Positions 1 through 17,062 of a stretch of 64,000 bases of DNA are shown in pieces (within the stretch, counting starts at the first letter, position 1; every line of letters begins with the position of its first letter). The position numbers were made by a program, and so were the translations under genes. The stretch comes from the human T2T-CHM13v2.0 reference genome, Homo sapiens, in NCBI RefSeq assembly GCF_009914755.1, contig NC_060926.1, one strand, 5' to 3'. Under the pieces are notes generated by a model. It did not search any database. It worked only from the letters and a program-made list of their open reading frames with translations, and had not been told where the DNA came from.

Positions 1-759
1 ATTTCATTGTGTTCAGTAGAAAACCTACGCATTTTTTATGAGTCCTGAATAGAGAGACCAACTCATAATTGTCTGAATAAAACTTTGTCTAATTCACCCT
101 TTACTACTGACATTAAATGCCTTCATATTATTTCTGGACTATGTCACAGACATCCATAATTAATGCATGCTGTGACTGCAAAGATGGGAAAGGACATTAC
201 CTAAGAGACTAAAAACATGGCTAAAAATAAAAAACTTCAACTAACTGGTCAGAGAGTAGATTTCCAAAGCTAAGACCACGGCTTACAGGGAAAGTGAGAA
301 CTGGGAAAGAGTAAAAAGGTAGCCAATTTTATTTCCAAACTGTGTAGTATATACACAGAAATAGCCCACACCCGCAGAACTCGGGGAAGTCACCATCCCA
401 AAAAAGAGGTATGGCTGTTGAGGCACCTCTGGGTTTGCACTGCTGCTTCCATTGCTACCCACAATCAGAATACCTTTTTTTGGTTTAGAAAGGTGGTATA
501 ACAGTGAGGATAAGCTGACAGGGCCTTGCAGAAATTCTCCTAAAATAAAAGCTCACCTCTTACCCCGGCAAAATCAGCTTATCCTTAGGCCTTCTTCAGA
601 TGACATAAAACTTTATTATTTTAAATGTATTTGTGCTTGCATTCCAAGAAGAACATAACTACACAGATTTCAAAAGAAAACATGAAATATAGTCAATGAA
701 TGCAACAAGACATTGAATATTTGTACAGTGTTTTTGAAATGGACAATTTCTTTAAAAAT

Positions 760-1342
<583 letters not shown>

Positions 1343-2051
1343 AAAATCTTTATAGCTATATAACGTAGTACATTCTATTTCAATTTATACCATCCACAGG
1401 CATATTCTGTCTTTATCTTCTTCCTCATCATCAGTGTCACCAGTATCATCAACATTCATTGAAAACTTGATTAGTGTGATACTTACAAAGGAAATGTGAT
1501 AAGATTATTAAAAGTCTTAAAAAAAGCTTATGATATTAAAAAAGGAGAGAGAAAACACCAATAAAAATAAAATCAAGTGCAGAGGCATGCCAACATAGAA
1601 ACAACCAGACCATATCAAGAGATGTGGAAAAAGTAATGTTGGTAATGAATAGGAAGTCATTACCAATTCCTTCTCCTAAATGCTAAAGAGGGACCTTGCC
1701 CAATTTAAAGCCTGGTAACATTTAAGCATAAGGGGATATCATTAGTTGTTTTTGAAAGACGTAGTTTATAATAATCACCTGGTGATGATTTAGCCCTTAA
1801 GGAAAGTGTTAACGTCTTCATCTAATACTACAGCCTAGTAGCTTGAAAGGGTCAGGTAACTTTCAAATCCTTGCCTCATACTTCGTAGTGATGGAGGGTT
1901 GGAGAGGATTTGGTTTGTTAAACCAGACTTTTTCTTTCTCTGACTCTCCTTCATCCAGAAAAGGAGGAGACTACCATTTCCAGTTGGTTGGAGGAGGGTC
2001 TCTTGCATAAGCAAGGGCCCTCAAAGCATGGGCATTGGTTAGCAATTGAGA

Positions 2052-2270
2052 TGGGGTTGCCAGATTAAGCCAACAAAATTTTAGGAAGCTCAATTAAATT
2101 TGAGTTTCAGGTAAATAATTTTTGTCATAAGTGTATTCCATGCAAAATAAGGATAAATATGTAATATACATATAAATATTGCATGGGACATACTTGTACT
2201 AAGAAATTAGTTACTGCTTACCTGAAATGCCAGTTTAACAAGGTTTTCTATATTTTATCTGGCAACCCTA
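2052..2270. mobile_element. MER53-like palindromic hAT MITE
   Basis: Terminal inverted repeats gggttgccagat / atctggcaaccc with internal quasi-palindromic arms. Confidence 0.8.
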
Positions 2271-2448
2271 ATTTGGGGTATACTGCAGGTCTGCCTTTGA
2301 AAATACCGGTTGGGACCTCCGAGTGGACTGGCAGAACTGGAAGAGGCAATTTATCACAGACCTGTGTTGCTTTATTTACCCTCATGGCTGGCCCTTGGTA
2401 GTCAGAGAAGAGCCCTGATATACTGATGCAGGATGAGCTTGATCACTC

Positions 2449-2461
2449 GTCTCCTAGCAAC
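2449..2461 (+). promoter_or_regulatory. Candidate RFX X-box GTCTCCTAGCAAC
   Basis: Motif match only. The RGYAAC half-site is perfect. Confidence 0.3.
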
Positions 2462-3394
2462 CGCACAGCTAGTGGAAGGGAGACTGCTGACCCAGAGATG
2501 GTTCTGTGTTGAATCTAGCCTTGCAGGAAGGCAGCAAAGGAAAGGCTTTTTGACTATACCTCTTCTTTTGTCTTGAAGGGAAAAAGCAAATTAAGTGTTT
2601 TTATTTGAAATTTAATTGTGCATTCAGTATATTTTTAAAACAATTTTTGGGAAAATAACCTAAATGTCCAAATTATAGTAATCATGGATAATTATTATTC
2701 TCTTAGAGAAATAAATTGTCCTGGAAATGTAAAGCAGACAAGCGATGTGAAAACTAGACAATAAGCAGTTATACATAGGGATTTACAGTAATCTATTCTT
2801 GCCACTTTTCTAAACAATTATAAGTAATATTTAATACTAAAGGAAAATGTTCATGATATAATAGATGAAGAAAGATAAGATAACCTGTTCATTATTATTC
2901 TGGTATTGTTTTTTCTAAGCACATTTGTGTAAAGATTGGTAGGATATATATCAAATGTTAGCCTAGAAATTGGGAAGATTTAAAAATTTTCTGTATCCAT
3001 ATTTTCTAAATTTCCTATAACAAGTACACTACATTTGAAATAGGGAACATAAAATTTTTAAATAGTAAAATCATCTTTTGAAAGAATTTTTTAAGTTAAA
3101 TTTAGTTTCTATAATGTTCCTAATTTGGAGAATTAACTGAACCCAGTTTTTAGAGCTGAAAATGGTCTCAGGATCACAAAGCCAAGTGGTACCTCAAGTT
3201 AAATGTCATGAGATTTGTTTGTCACAAAATAGACATAGTTTTTGTAGCTTACCTGAGAGTCTCCCTCTAGCTCTGTGTCTCAGAATGTCAGGTCGGCAGT
3301 TTACTTCGGCAGCCCGTTATGCATTAGGAAGCTCGGCTATCTCTAGTCATGCATTTCATTCAGCGAGGTCCATTTAGTATATGATACCCCTTAT

Positions 3395-3515
3395 GTATTA
3401 AAATATAATTGTACATGTTTATAGAGTATAGTGTGATGTTTCAGTACATGTATACATTGTATAATCAAGTCAGGGCAGCTATCACATCCATCACCTCAAA
3501 TATTTATCAGTTCTT
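3395..3515 (-). mobile_element. Short L1MA 3' end fragment
   Basis: Similar to 760-890 (tttcagtacatgtata...agctatcacatccatcacctcaaa). Confidence 0.65.
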
Positions 3516-3582
3516 AAGATCAGTTACTTATTCCTCTTTACAGTGTATGAAATGTTTTGTTTTTTCATGGAAGAAATTTTGA

Positions 3583-3699
<117 letters not shown>

Positions 3700-5309
3700 T
3701 AAGAAGCTGCCGGGATCTTACGGTATCCTGCTGATACCACGGTTCAGTAAAGGTCAATAGTTTTCATTTTCTGGTAAGATTTCATCTTCAAACTCAGGTG
3801 AAATTGACGTAGAAGGCTTAGCACCTAAGTGAAAAAATACTGCAGTATTTCATGGTGCCAAACCTGACTTAGAGCAGGTCATGTTTGTTGCGGTGAATCA
3901 GAAAATTCCGAAATCCTCTGCAGAGAGTCATTCACCGCTTCATTTTGAGTGGTCTGTGTAATCTGTATCAAAGCACTTCAGCAATAGAAAAGCAGCTTTT
4001 CTCAGGCTGGTGCCTTGCCCCTTGTTTTTCTTCTGTCCTAGCATCTGGTGAAGGATTGTCAATGTCACCAGAATCAGAAGCACCGTTTGTCATGAGGCTG
4101 CAGCATGCTGGAAAGGAGGCCCCACCGTGTGCATCTGCCACTTGCTTTCAAAGCAGGCAAATTGTTTCCCTAATCTTCCGTCTTATAAATAGATTTTTTG
4201 AGACCGACTGCTGTTTATAGACCACCTGTCCTCCCTTACCCCAGCCTTCCTGCCTGCTGAATCAGCACTAAGTCTGAACACGACTTTCCACTCCTACTTA
4301 CATTGAGCTCAGCTGTTTGCCCAACCCTGATCAGGGGTCAAAATAGTTGGCAGCCAAGGCCCAGCAATACAATTTGTTGCCGAGGCGTGTTGTCAGTGTA
4401 CCTCCCTGCTCGTTCTTCTCTGCATTAATGATGTCCTTTCTGTCTTGCGATATAAAATCATTTTGAAGTTAATAGCCTTGAACCCCAATATTCACTTTTT
4501 AAAGTAATATTTTCCTCTACAATATTAAATAGGAAAAAAGTTTTGTGGGGATTTAATGAATGAAGATTTATAAATTGCTAGAGACCTGGAGGAGCAGCAG
4601 ATGGAGGCATGAGGACTCCAACTGACCATCTTCGGAGAAAAAGGGAAGCTTTTCTGATGACTGCTGTTGAGATTGAATTCTTGGCAACAAATGACAGCTC
4701 ATAAATCTGCCTGCCCAAGTGGTTTTTCTTCTGGTCTTTGTTTCTAGTATTCCTCACTGTCATTCCACTCCCTTCTAGTAGTACTCAGATTCAGCTTCTC
4801 ATCAGAACTCTGTTCCCCCCAGACTAAAATACAGAATTTAAGTTTAATATTTCTGATAATATACCATCTGCCTTTACAGATAATTTCAGGGAAAGCACAT
4901 TTCTGGATTTCAAAAGCAACAGAAATGCAATTTTCCTGCTAGAAAACCCTCTGCAGCTATGGGTGGCTCACCAGTTTTATGCCCGAAACATTAATAGAAA
5001 TGGAAGAAAGAAATATTTCTTAATATTAAAATAGTATATATTTTATATACTTGTTGGATAGTGTTACTGCCTCTATTTAACACAAAGTTGACTTAACACC
5101 ATTATGTTAATAACACAATTCATATTTGGAATTGCTCCCAAGCCTTATGACACATTCCCAAAACAGGATACCTGCAGAATTGCCCAGGAGAACATTTTGG
5201 ATTGACATTAGCCAGTGCTGTTTCCAAGCAGGAATATCAAGGATTAAAGTTCTTTGGAAGAACAGTAGATTTTACAGTAAAAAGTAAATAAAAGTTACTT
5301 AAATATCTA

Positions 5310-5726
<417 letters not shown>

Positions 5727-6635
5727 TTTAAACAGGGGCATGATAGAAGTGACAACGAAGTAATCCTTAACGGAATGATACCTTGCTTCCAGGGTCATCT
5801 AAGCTCCCAAGAGGGCCTAATTCACAGAGAAGCTGATTCAGTCCTACCCCTCACTTTACACTTCTGTGTCTCGATCACTGCCAGCCTCATTTATAGAGCA
5901 AGGCTGAACAATTAACCTGCTTCTGGCTGGCTGTGCTGTTTTGGCAAGGGTGATTGTTCTGTACCACTCATCGCCCAGGAAGTGAGATTTCTCCACAGAG
6001 GAGGAGCATGGTTGGTAGCTGTGGTGGCATCGTCAGCTGTGCTGCTGGTGGCTGTGCTGACGTGTGCCAGCTGTGCAACCAGGCACTCAGAAGTTGCTCC
6101 TCCCCTGATTGGTGAGAATATTTTAAATGAACCTACTCTTTAGCAGCTCACAGAAACTAGAGAAATTCAGAATTGGACCATAGAGATCTTATTTACAAGA
6201 TACTCAAGATTTTATTTTCAAGATCTCTGTGAGACGATCCGATCTGTTTAAACAATTTCCCCGCATGCAATCTTTGCTAATTTTTATGAGTGATTTCGGT
6301 TACCTCCATTACAAATGAATTTTTTAGTCTTTTTTTTTTTTTTTTTTCCCCTAAAGATCATTCCAATTTTAGTCTAGTATACAAGTATCCCATTTAAGAA
6401 CCAAGGCTGATCTCTTATAGAAGTAGTTACAGGGTGTAACATCACTGTCAATCAGGGCAGAATAATGCAATGATTAATCAGGTACATCTGTGCTCCTTTA
6501 TTTGTGCTTGTGTTACTCTGGTAGTGTGACTAGGGGAACAATGAATAGGAGGGATCTTGGACAAAAAAGAATTATCAACAAGAACACTTCCCAGGCTAAT
6601 CTGAAAGTTTTGCTGCTAGAAAGCTTAGGGACAAA

Positions 6636-7032
<397 letters not shown>

Positions 7033-7996
7033 TTAGCTTCATCGCTTGATCTATTTTAGGTCCCTACCTTTACATGCATTTAATGACTATGATAGAGTCT
7101 CCCGCATACCATATGGGCCCCTTTTCTTTTTCACTTTGTTTTTTAAAATAACACTTATTCTTTCCTCTGTTTTTCAAATAATATATGATCATTATAGAAA
7201 AATTAGCAGGGAAAAGCACTTAATAAAAGGAAAATCATCTATAATTCCACTACCCAGATGTAGCCATGGTTAACATTTTAGCATATATCTTTTAGTGTGT
7301 ATTTTTCTAGTATTTGTATTCATTTTTATTTACATGTGGAGTATTGTACATATGCTCTATAACTGGTTTTTTTCACTCACTAATACATCATCTCACTGTG
7401 TTCTAATTTGTTACCTGTCTTGTTCTATATTATTCTATATTTTCAGCCAATTTAAATTTTTTTTGGAGTTAGTATATGTATCAAACATTCATCAGTCTTC
7501 CTGTTAAAGGCTACTGCCACAGAAAGGGAGAACAAAATTACACACAGGACTGGGCCTCTATGCAAACAGAGTTCTGAATGGACAGTATGGAAACCAAGTC
7601 ACCCAGTGTGCAGTTGCCCTTGGCCTCTGGAAGAGGCTCCTTCCTTCGTGCTTGCTGGTGGGTTTATATGGCCCTATGCGGTGAATTCCTTGTGATGGGG
7701 CGTGAGGAATCATCCAGTGTTAGGACAGCAGCACAGTGTGTAAGTTCTTATTCTCGCCATCTAAGATCTGACAAACTCTTTGTATTTTGTTTTGCTTACA
7801 CATACACACATGCACATGTGTGCACAAACACACCTACACTTGCAGGCAACTTCCCTACAAGTTTAACAAGTGTGTATAAGAAAAATGACAGGTATGCAGT
7901 GTGTTCTTTATTTATATATTGACATTAGCTAAACATTTACATGCCATCATTAGCCACTTTATAACTAGCCACAACAGAAATAACCTTGGTGTTTTT

Positions 7997-8763
7997 ATGA
8001 CATAGAGTAGGACAACAAAAGCTCTCACCCAAACTCAAAGTGCTTTTTCCGTTTTCTCACTCAACAACAATCAGCACAGAGACTTCTGTGACCAAACTTG
8101 TGGGGATTTCTCCCCACCAGCAAGCAAACAATTCTGTTTGCTGAGTATTCTCTAGTTCCGTTCTATTCTGACACTGTCTACCTGGAGGTAGCCTCAGATG
8201 CCACAGGTTGAGGGCTCAGTTTCTGAGACCGTTCCCCTCATCCCACCTTGGGTTCGATTAATTTGCTGGAGTTGCTCAGAGAACTCGGACATACTTACTT
8301 CATTTGCCAGGTTATTACAAAGGTTATGGTTGGGAAGCTATATAGGGCAAGGCACGTAGGAAGGGGCACAGAGCTTCCATGGCCTCCCTGGGTGCACCTC
8401 CCTCCAGGGATCTCCTTGTGTTCAGCTCTCTAGAAGTTCTCCAAACCCTGTGCTTTGGAGTTTTTACTGGAGGCTTCATTACATAGGCATGATTGGTTTA
8501 CCAACTGGCGATGGGTGAGCAACTTATCTTTTGATCCCTCTCCCTTCCCTGAAGGTCAGGAATGGGGCTGCAAGTCCCAATCCTCTACTACTGCTTTGGT
8601 CTTTCTGGTGACCCATCCTGAAGCTACCTCTGGGCTGGCAGCCATCAAGTCAATCATGAGCATACAAGAAGACCTCCATGGAGATCCTAAGGATTGTAGG
8701 AGTAGTAGGTCAGGAAATGGAGGGGGAGAATTGAAGACCACATATGTATTTTGTAATATCACA
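7997..8763 (-). mobile_element. MER21-like LTR
   Basis: Ends in gaagaccacatatgtattttgtaatatcaca (reverse complement of the MER21 start). Internal gacttctgtgaccaaa...ggggatttctccccacca. Confidence 0.7.
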
Positions 8764-8979
8764 ATGGCACTAAGAAATCAGATGTAAACTAAAAAGTTCT
8801 CACAAAAAAGATTTTTGTAAATGTTTGGCATTGTATAAATACAAGGAAACAATCTTTTATCTCTAGGAAATATAATTTTCTGTACTTGTTATTTTCATTT
8901 TGGTTTTCTCTAGTCTCTCTAAAGTATATATTAATGATTTTGTATCTAGGGAGATTTTCCTCCAATCAAGAAATCATTG

Positions 8980-9547
<568 letters not shown>

Positions 9548-9705
9548 ATTTTTTTTGGATGCTTAATGTTTTTATGGTTATCTGGTTGATTTCTTCTCTT
9601 GGTGTTAAACACATTTCGTCTTTAGATCTTTTTCTCCCCTAATTGTTAACGATATGTCCAGTAATGTATCCTAGCTCCAATATCCATATTCACTTTTTGA
9701 TTTTC

Positions 9706-9998
9706 TTTTTTTCTTTTTTGATGGAGTCTTGCTCTTTCTCCCAGGCCAGAGTGCAGTGGCGCTATCTCGGCTCACTGCAAGCTCCACCTCCCAGGTTCAC
9801 GCCATTCTCTTGCCTCAGCCTCCTGAGTAGCTGGGACTACAGGCGCCAGCCACCGCGCCCGGCTAATTTTTTGTATTTTTAGTAGAGATGGGGTTTCACC
9901 GTGTTAGCCAGGATGGTCTCGATCTCCTGACCTCGTGATCCCCCTGCCTTGGCCTCCCAAAGTGCTGAGATTACAGGCGTGAGCCACCACGTCCAGCC
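9706..9998 (-). mobile_element. AluY with 15-bp TSD
   Basis: TSD cactttttgattttc at 9691-9705 and 9999-10013. Confidence 0.93.
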
Positions 9999-10196
9999 CA
10001 CTTTTTGATTTTCAAAGAGTCAGAGCCCCAAAATTCCATCTCTTCCTTGCCTCTCATCGTAGGGTTCACATTCATGTAGCCATAATGGATCAAGAGACAT
10101 TCTATTCTTTTTATTGTGGAAAATTTCAAAGTTATGCCAAAGTAGAGGGAATAGCATAATGAACCTTCTGTACCCATCACCCAACTGTGACAATGA

Positions 10197-10559
<363 letters not shown>

Positions 10560-11834
10560 TCTTTCTTTCTTCTATTATTCAGCTTCATCTTTTACATTTA
10601 GATCTGGTGAGAATGGAAAATGGTGCAGCAACTTGGAAAACATTAGTGCCTCAAAATGTTAAACACAGGCCTCCAACTTCTCCACATTCTGGCCAACACT
10701 TGTTATTGTCTGTCATTTTTATTATAGCCACCTCATCAGTGTGAAGTGGTATCTCATTATGGTTTTCCTAATAGCTAATGATGTTGAGCATGTTTTCCTG
10801 TGCTGACTGGGTATATTTTCTTTGTAGAATAGAGTGATTTGTCTTTTTATTATTGAGTTTTAAGAGTTTTAATATATTTTGAATATAGGTCCCTTATCAG
10901 ATATATGATTTGCAAATAATTTCACCCATGTTCAAGTTTTTAGGCAAGAATGCTTTATAGGTACTTCCTGTCACATCAGAAAAGATAAAATCGGTGGTAT
11001 ACCAGAGAGTAGGGAGGCAGTAGGCATGGTCCTTCCCAGATGCAAGCAATAGGGGTATATTATCTGTAGAGAATTTGAAAATAACTAAAAGCCATACTGC
11101 TTTTTATTATTCCCATTATCTGGCAATTCTAAACAATGTTAGTGATGGAATTCCTTCCCTCCAGGATGGACCACTTCCCCTGCACCACCCTTTTGTACAC
11201 TACTGCCCAGAACATCTAATTTTTCTGCTGTCAGTAATACTCAGCTCAGTTGGTGGGTTCTGGGAGCATTGACCTGATCCTTTCATTATACAGCTCCCCA
11301 TCACCACATTTTCTAATGGTTGTAGCATCAGCTGACAACCTTGGGCTAAATTGGTTACTTAGTTCAGGGTTCAAAGTGGCAATTTTCTAATTTTATCATT
11401 CATTCTTCACGTTAGCTAGAATTATTTTATAAACAATTTTCCCTCGTGAACCATTTGGTTTCTCTGAAATATAATTCTCACAGAAAGTGATTCTTTAAAT
11501 GTTAGGGTTATTTGAGTTTTGTCTATAACTTGCTGATTTTTTTCCCAGTTTGTCATTCATCCTTTGAATTTGCTGTGGTGTTTTTCATCAAGCAAAAGGT
11601 TTATATTTTTATGTGGTTAAATTTATTAATCTTTTATTGCTTTAAGATTTTTGTATTTAGAAAAATACTGCCCATTCTCACATTAAAAAGAAATCACCTA
11701 TTCTTCTAATGTTCTATGGCTTCATCTTTTATATTTAAGTCTCTAAATAGTTTAGAATCTATCCTAGTATCTGAGGAACAGGTCCAGCTTTCTGTTTTTT
11801 CCATATGGCTACCAAGGTGTTCCATTTTTTCCCT

Positions 11835-13110
11835 TTTTAAATAGATTTTATATTTTAGAGTGGTTTTAGATTGACAGCAAAATTGAGCAGAAAGTAGAGA
11901 GAGTTCCCATTACCTCCTGCCTCCTCATATGCACAGCCTCCCCTACTATCACCCTCCTGCACTAGACGGTACATTTGTTACAATTCATGAACCTACCTTG
12001 ACATATCATTATCACCCGAAGTCCGCAGTTTATATTAGCATTCACTTGTTTTGTACATTCTGCGAGTTTTGACAAATGTATATTGACACATATTTTTCAT
12101 GTAGTGTTACCAAGCTAGCAATGGGCTTGCTGCCCAAAAAGCATAGACGCCAATACTATGCCACCAGCTTTTGTGAAAAGAAAGACTTTATTGCAGTTTG
12201 ACGGGCAAGGAGACAGGAGGCAGTGCTCAAATCTCTCTCTCGAGCTGGGGGCTGGGGCAGGATTCATAGCAGAGGGTAATGAGGCATGATCTGATTGGAT
12301 CTTATAATGCAGTGTGGCCGGGAGACATGATAGGACTGGATCATGCCATGAGGTGTGTAGTTCTTAATTTGGTCCCTGTTCCTTGGGCCAAGCACTAAGG
12401 TTCCACCCATGGTTGCATGCTTGGTTCATCTGGGCATGATCAGGTGATGTAACTTGCAACCTGGGTTACATGATAACTGAAAAACAACTCACCATTGTAT
12501 TATATAAAGTTGAACCAGATTGGGCTGATTCTGCAGTTACAACAGTATATTCAGGAGAGTTTCACTGCCCTAAAAGTTCTTTGTGTTCTGCCTATTTATC
12601 CTTTCATCCCTCCTCCCTCCTCCGTATACTGTGGCAACCACTAATTTTTTACCCATGTTAGTAGTTTTTACCTTTTCCAGAATGTCATATAATTGGAACT
12701 ATATAGTATGTAGTCTTTTCTGATTGGCTTCTTTTACTTAATGATATATATTTACATTTCTTCCATGTGTTTTCATGATGTGGTAGTTCATTTCTTTTTG
12801 GTGCTGAATAATATCCATTGTCTGGATGTACCACAGTTTGTTTACCCATTCACCTGCTGAAGGACATCTATGTTGCTGCCACATTTTGACAATTATGAAG
12901 CTGCTATAAATATCCATGTGCAGGTTTCTGTGTGGACATAAGTTTTCAGCTCATTTAGGCAAATATCAAGGAATGTAATTGCTGGTCGTATGGTAAGAAT
13001 ATGCTTAGTTTTGTGAGAAATTGCCAAACTGTCTTTCAAAATAGCTGTATCATTTTGCATTCCCACCAGCAATTAACAAGAGTTCTTAGCACTCCACAGA
13101 CTAGCCAGCA
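11835..13110 (-). mobile_element. L1MC/MB-type 3' region interrupted by an LTR
   Basis: gagcagaaagtagagagagttccc... and ttccagaatgtcatataattggaa... are L1M 3' UTR motifs on both sides of the LTR. Confidence 0.7.
12105..12541 (-). mobile_element. Solo LTR, LTR47B-like
   Basis: TG...CA termini. The reverse strand starts tgtaactgcagaatcagcccaatctggttcaacttt. The tttatt near 12187 is the LTR poly(A) signal on the minus strand. Confidence 0.65.
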
Positions 13111-13550
13111 TTTGGCATCAAACACCATTTATTTTAAAAGTTCATCTTTCTCTTGCTATTTATGTAAAACCTTGTCTTTGTTATACACTACATTTTTATA
13201 TTCATTTGTGTCTGTTTCAAGATTTTCTGTTTTGCCATTTGTCAGTCAACTCATACACAGGTACTATACTGTTTTAATTATGGAGCCTTTATAGATTGTT
13301 TTAATACCTAGGAGAGCTACTCTCTGCACTCTGCTTTTCTGTTTCCGTTTTCCTGGTCATTCCTGCTGGCTTATTCTTCCATGAGAGCTTTAAAATCAAA
13401 TTGTCTAACTCCAGATTAAACACACACACACCCCGTGGTCTTTTTATTGGAACTAAGTTGAATTTATAAACTAAGGGATAACTGCTATCTTTAGGATTGA
13501 GTTTTCCTTTCCAAGAACATGGGATATAGTTCTGTTTTTTAAAGTCTGCC

Positions 13551-13869
<319 letters not shown>

Positions 13870-14274
13870 TTAATCTTACTTATCAGGTCTTTTTTTCTCT
13901 CTTCACTTTTATGTTACATGTATCTCGTTGAGTTTATGCCTTGTTATTTTTATTGTTTATAAATAGAGTCCTCTCCTCCATTATATTTTTCAACCAGTCA
14001 CTGTATATACAAAGGTTATTGATTTGGTATTCAATTTTATATACTGTACCTTTACTAAAATGTCTTATTTGTAGTCATTTTAAAATTTCCTTTTTAATTT
14101 TTTAGACATATATCCTTTGCAAATATGAATAGTTTTAGCTCTTCCATTCCAGCTCTTGTGCCTTTTAAAATCTCCTCTAGTTGCATTAGTTTATATGTTC
14201 AATACGATGTTAAATGGTAGTGGTAATTATCCTGACTCTATTGGGAATGCCATTAAGTAACAGTCCTTGGAGTG

Positions 14275-14452
14275 TGCACACACAAATATGACGAATAAGC
14301 TATTCCAGTGTGTTCTATCTTTAAAGAAAAGATAATGACACATAGCATGTTTGGAGAGCCAGCCTATATGTAGTTAGCTTGAATAAATCTGGGTTTCTCA
14401 ATGACAAAGTACAGGGAAATACAAATGTCTAAATGACAAGTCTGAAGCATCC
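14275..14452 (+). repeat. Copy 1 of a ~180-bp diverged local direct duplication (copy 2 at ~16137-16325)
   Basis: Shared collinear blocks gaataag, ttccagtg, tggagagccagcct, cttgaataaa.ctgggtttctca.tgaca and gggaaat. Confidence 0.8.
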
Positions 14453-15382
14453 TTTAATTTCTACTGTATTGGGTGTTGAGTGGTTTATTTTTTAAATCAT
14501 GGGTGACTGTTAGGTTTTTGTCAAATACCTTTTCAGCATCTGAAAATGATAATATGATTTTTCTCTTTACATCTATTAATATGATCAATTGTATTACTTG
14601 ATTCCTTAATATTGAGCCACCCTTGTGTTTGGTCCTAATGTATTGTTTTTAATATGCTTTCAGATTCTGTTTGCTAATATTTATGATGTTTGTCTCTATA
14701 TTCGTAAGGCAGATCGGTCAGTCATGTTCTTCTTTTTAATTGCTTTTTTTACATTATTAAAATTATGTCCTAATATATCAAAGACCATCAAATAGTCCCT
14801 CTCATGCTGTGAGATGCCAAGTCTACAGCCCAGGTCTACAATGGAACTTTGCACTTATGTTTGTCCTTCTGCCCCTTAGGTTATAAACCTACCTCTCTGT
14901 GCAGCATTCCAAAGTGCCTCGAATCAATAGAAGACATCCTTTCTCTTTCCATAGCTGTGGGTCCAGGGCTTCAACTTCTAAACAATATGTTTCCAGCTGA
15001 AAACCCATTTAACCCAGAGCAATGCTTTCCACAGCAAGAGTGATTCATGTGAAGCTTTTCGTTAATACTCTCTTTCCTCCTGCACAAGAGGAGGAAAAGA
15101 GAAGTCAATACTATCTCTTTCCTTCTGCACATCCCCACAATTACTTGCAACCCCACAGTGGTGGCATTAATTTTATCTTATGGAGACATTACAATATGTT
15201 TTAAATATTTCATTACTTTGCTTAAAGTATAAGTAAATAAACTTTGGCAGCAATATTAGGATAAGAAGAAAGGGTTCAAACATGCAAAGAAAAGCCAAAG
15301 CTCGTTATTTTAATGTAGATGCCCGTGTGGATTTTAAACCATTTTCGAATTTAATGGTCCTGTTAGATGTGCTTAAAATTAG

Positions 15383-15592
<210 letters not shown>

Positions 15593-16136
15593 TGAGAGCT
15601 TTACCCTAGCTGGAAAGAAAAACAAAACAAACTGTTGCTACTACCTCGCTTGTCTCTGCAATCTAAAATAAAAATGTGCCTAAAAAAATTATCTCCCAAG
15701 TTCGCTTAGAACGCTTGAAGCTTAGAACACTCTATATGACGCTATGCATATTCATCAATACCTAGAAAGCTTTGGAAAATGTTCTGCTGTGAAAATAATC
15801 ATTTTTATATTTAGTCATCTGTTCTGAAAGCAGTAATTATGTTAGACTACTGCACAGGAAATAAAATAATCATTTTGGTTGAGTGAATAAAATTTTATCT
15901 ATTTGGATGGTTCCTTTATTTATCTATTACTGAATTTAAACCTGAATTAAACCCTGAGTCTGCCCACAAATAGGTGGTCCAATAAATATTGGTGGATTTA
16001 ATGTTGATAATAATGATGAGTAAATAAGCATGAGAAAACATAGAGGATATCTCATTCTTCTCACTAATAAGTCAGACTTAATACAATTGAATCTGAATTC
16101 TTAGTATCAGCTTTGGTGCCAAGCCCTAACTTATTA

Positions 16137-16325
16137 TGCACAAAATGTGAATAAGGTTCTGTTCCAGTGCATTTTGCTTTTAAAAGAAGGTAATGCCACC
16201 CAGTATGTCTGGAGAGCCAGCCTGTGTGTAGCTGTCTTGAATAAAGCTGGGTTTCTCAGTGACAGGGAGTGTGGGGAAATGTGAATGTGTAAGGGACAAA
16301 TCTAATGGCTTGTCCTGTATACTAC
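16137..16325 (+). repeat. Copy 2 of the local direct duplication
   Basis: Same collinear blocks as 14275-14452. Confidence 0.8.
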
Positions 16326-16564
16326 CTTTTCCTACAAAACAATTCTTTTTTCTCACCCCAAAATAGCTGTTATAAATAAGCAGAGCATATATAACATGCT
16401 TATATTTTACATTTACAGTCAGTACTATTTTTATCGTTTTTGGTCAGCATTCATGAAGACTTTGCTTGCTCCTTCAGGCACTTAGTCACTCTTTCTCTTG
16501 GCTGACACAGAACTTGTGCTGAGCCTCAGTTAGACGCATGTCTTGGACTGAGATGCATATTGAT

Positions 16565-16695
16565 TGCTCTCTCCAGCCAGACTCTGAGTTCCTTGAATAC
16601 AGGAACCCTCTTTTCATCTTCATATCCCAACAGTGAGCGCTGCACTTACCACATGTAGGGATTCAGTAAACACTGAGTTAATGAATAAATGAGAA
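16565..16695 (+). mobile_element. L2 3' end fragment
   Basis: gactctgagttccttga...cagtaaacactgagttaatgaataaatga. Confidence 0.55.
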
Positions 16696-16859
16696 ATATT
16701 CTTAGAATATTTTTGTTCATGATGTTCTCTGTCACTTTTAGACATCTTTACATAAATACCTAATGAGAGACACCAGGTTTCTCATGGAAGTAGTCCTTCT
16801 ACATGCTTATAGGAAGTGCCAGATTTTATAAAGTAATAACTGTTCTTGGTCCACTCTAG

Positions 16860-17062
16860 GTGGGGGCTTCACTTCTAAAAGAGGAACTTTTGGAAGCGTT
16901 GGAAAATTGGAAACAATGATGTGTGTTTCTTACGGACGAATGGAAGATCTAGTGTTCTCAGGAGCAGCTACTGGAGATATTTTTATTTGGAAAGACATTC
17001 TACTACTGAAGACAGTGAAAGCTCATGATGGGCCTGTGTTTGCTATGTATGCACTGGATAAG
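16860..17062 (+). CDS. EML6: EML6 exon C (203 nt): GGGFTSKRGTFGSVGKLETMMCVSYG...AHDGPVFAMYALDK
   Basis: ccactctag| ... AAG|gtatgg. Overlaps ORF 16907..17107. Frame continuous with B and D. Confidence 0.95.
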
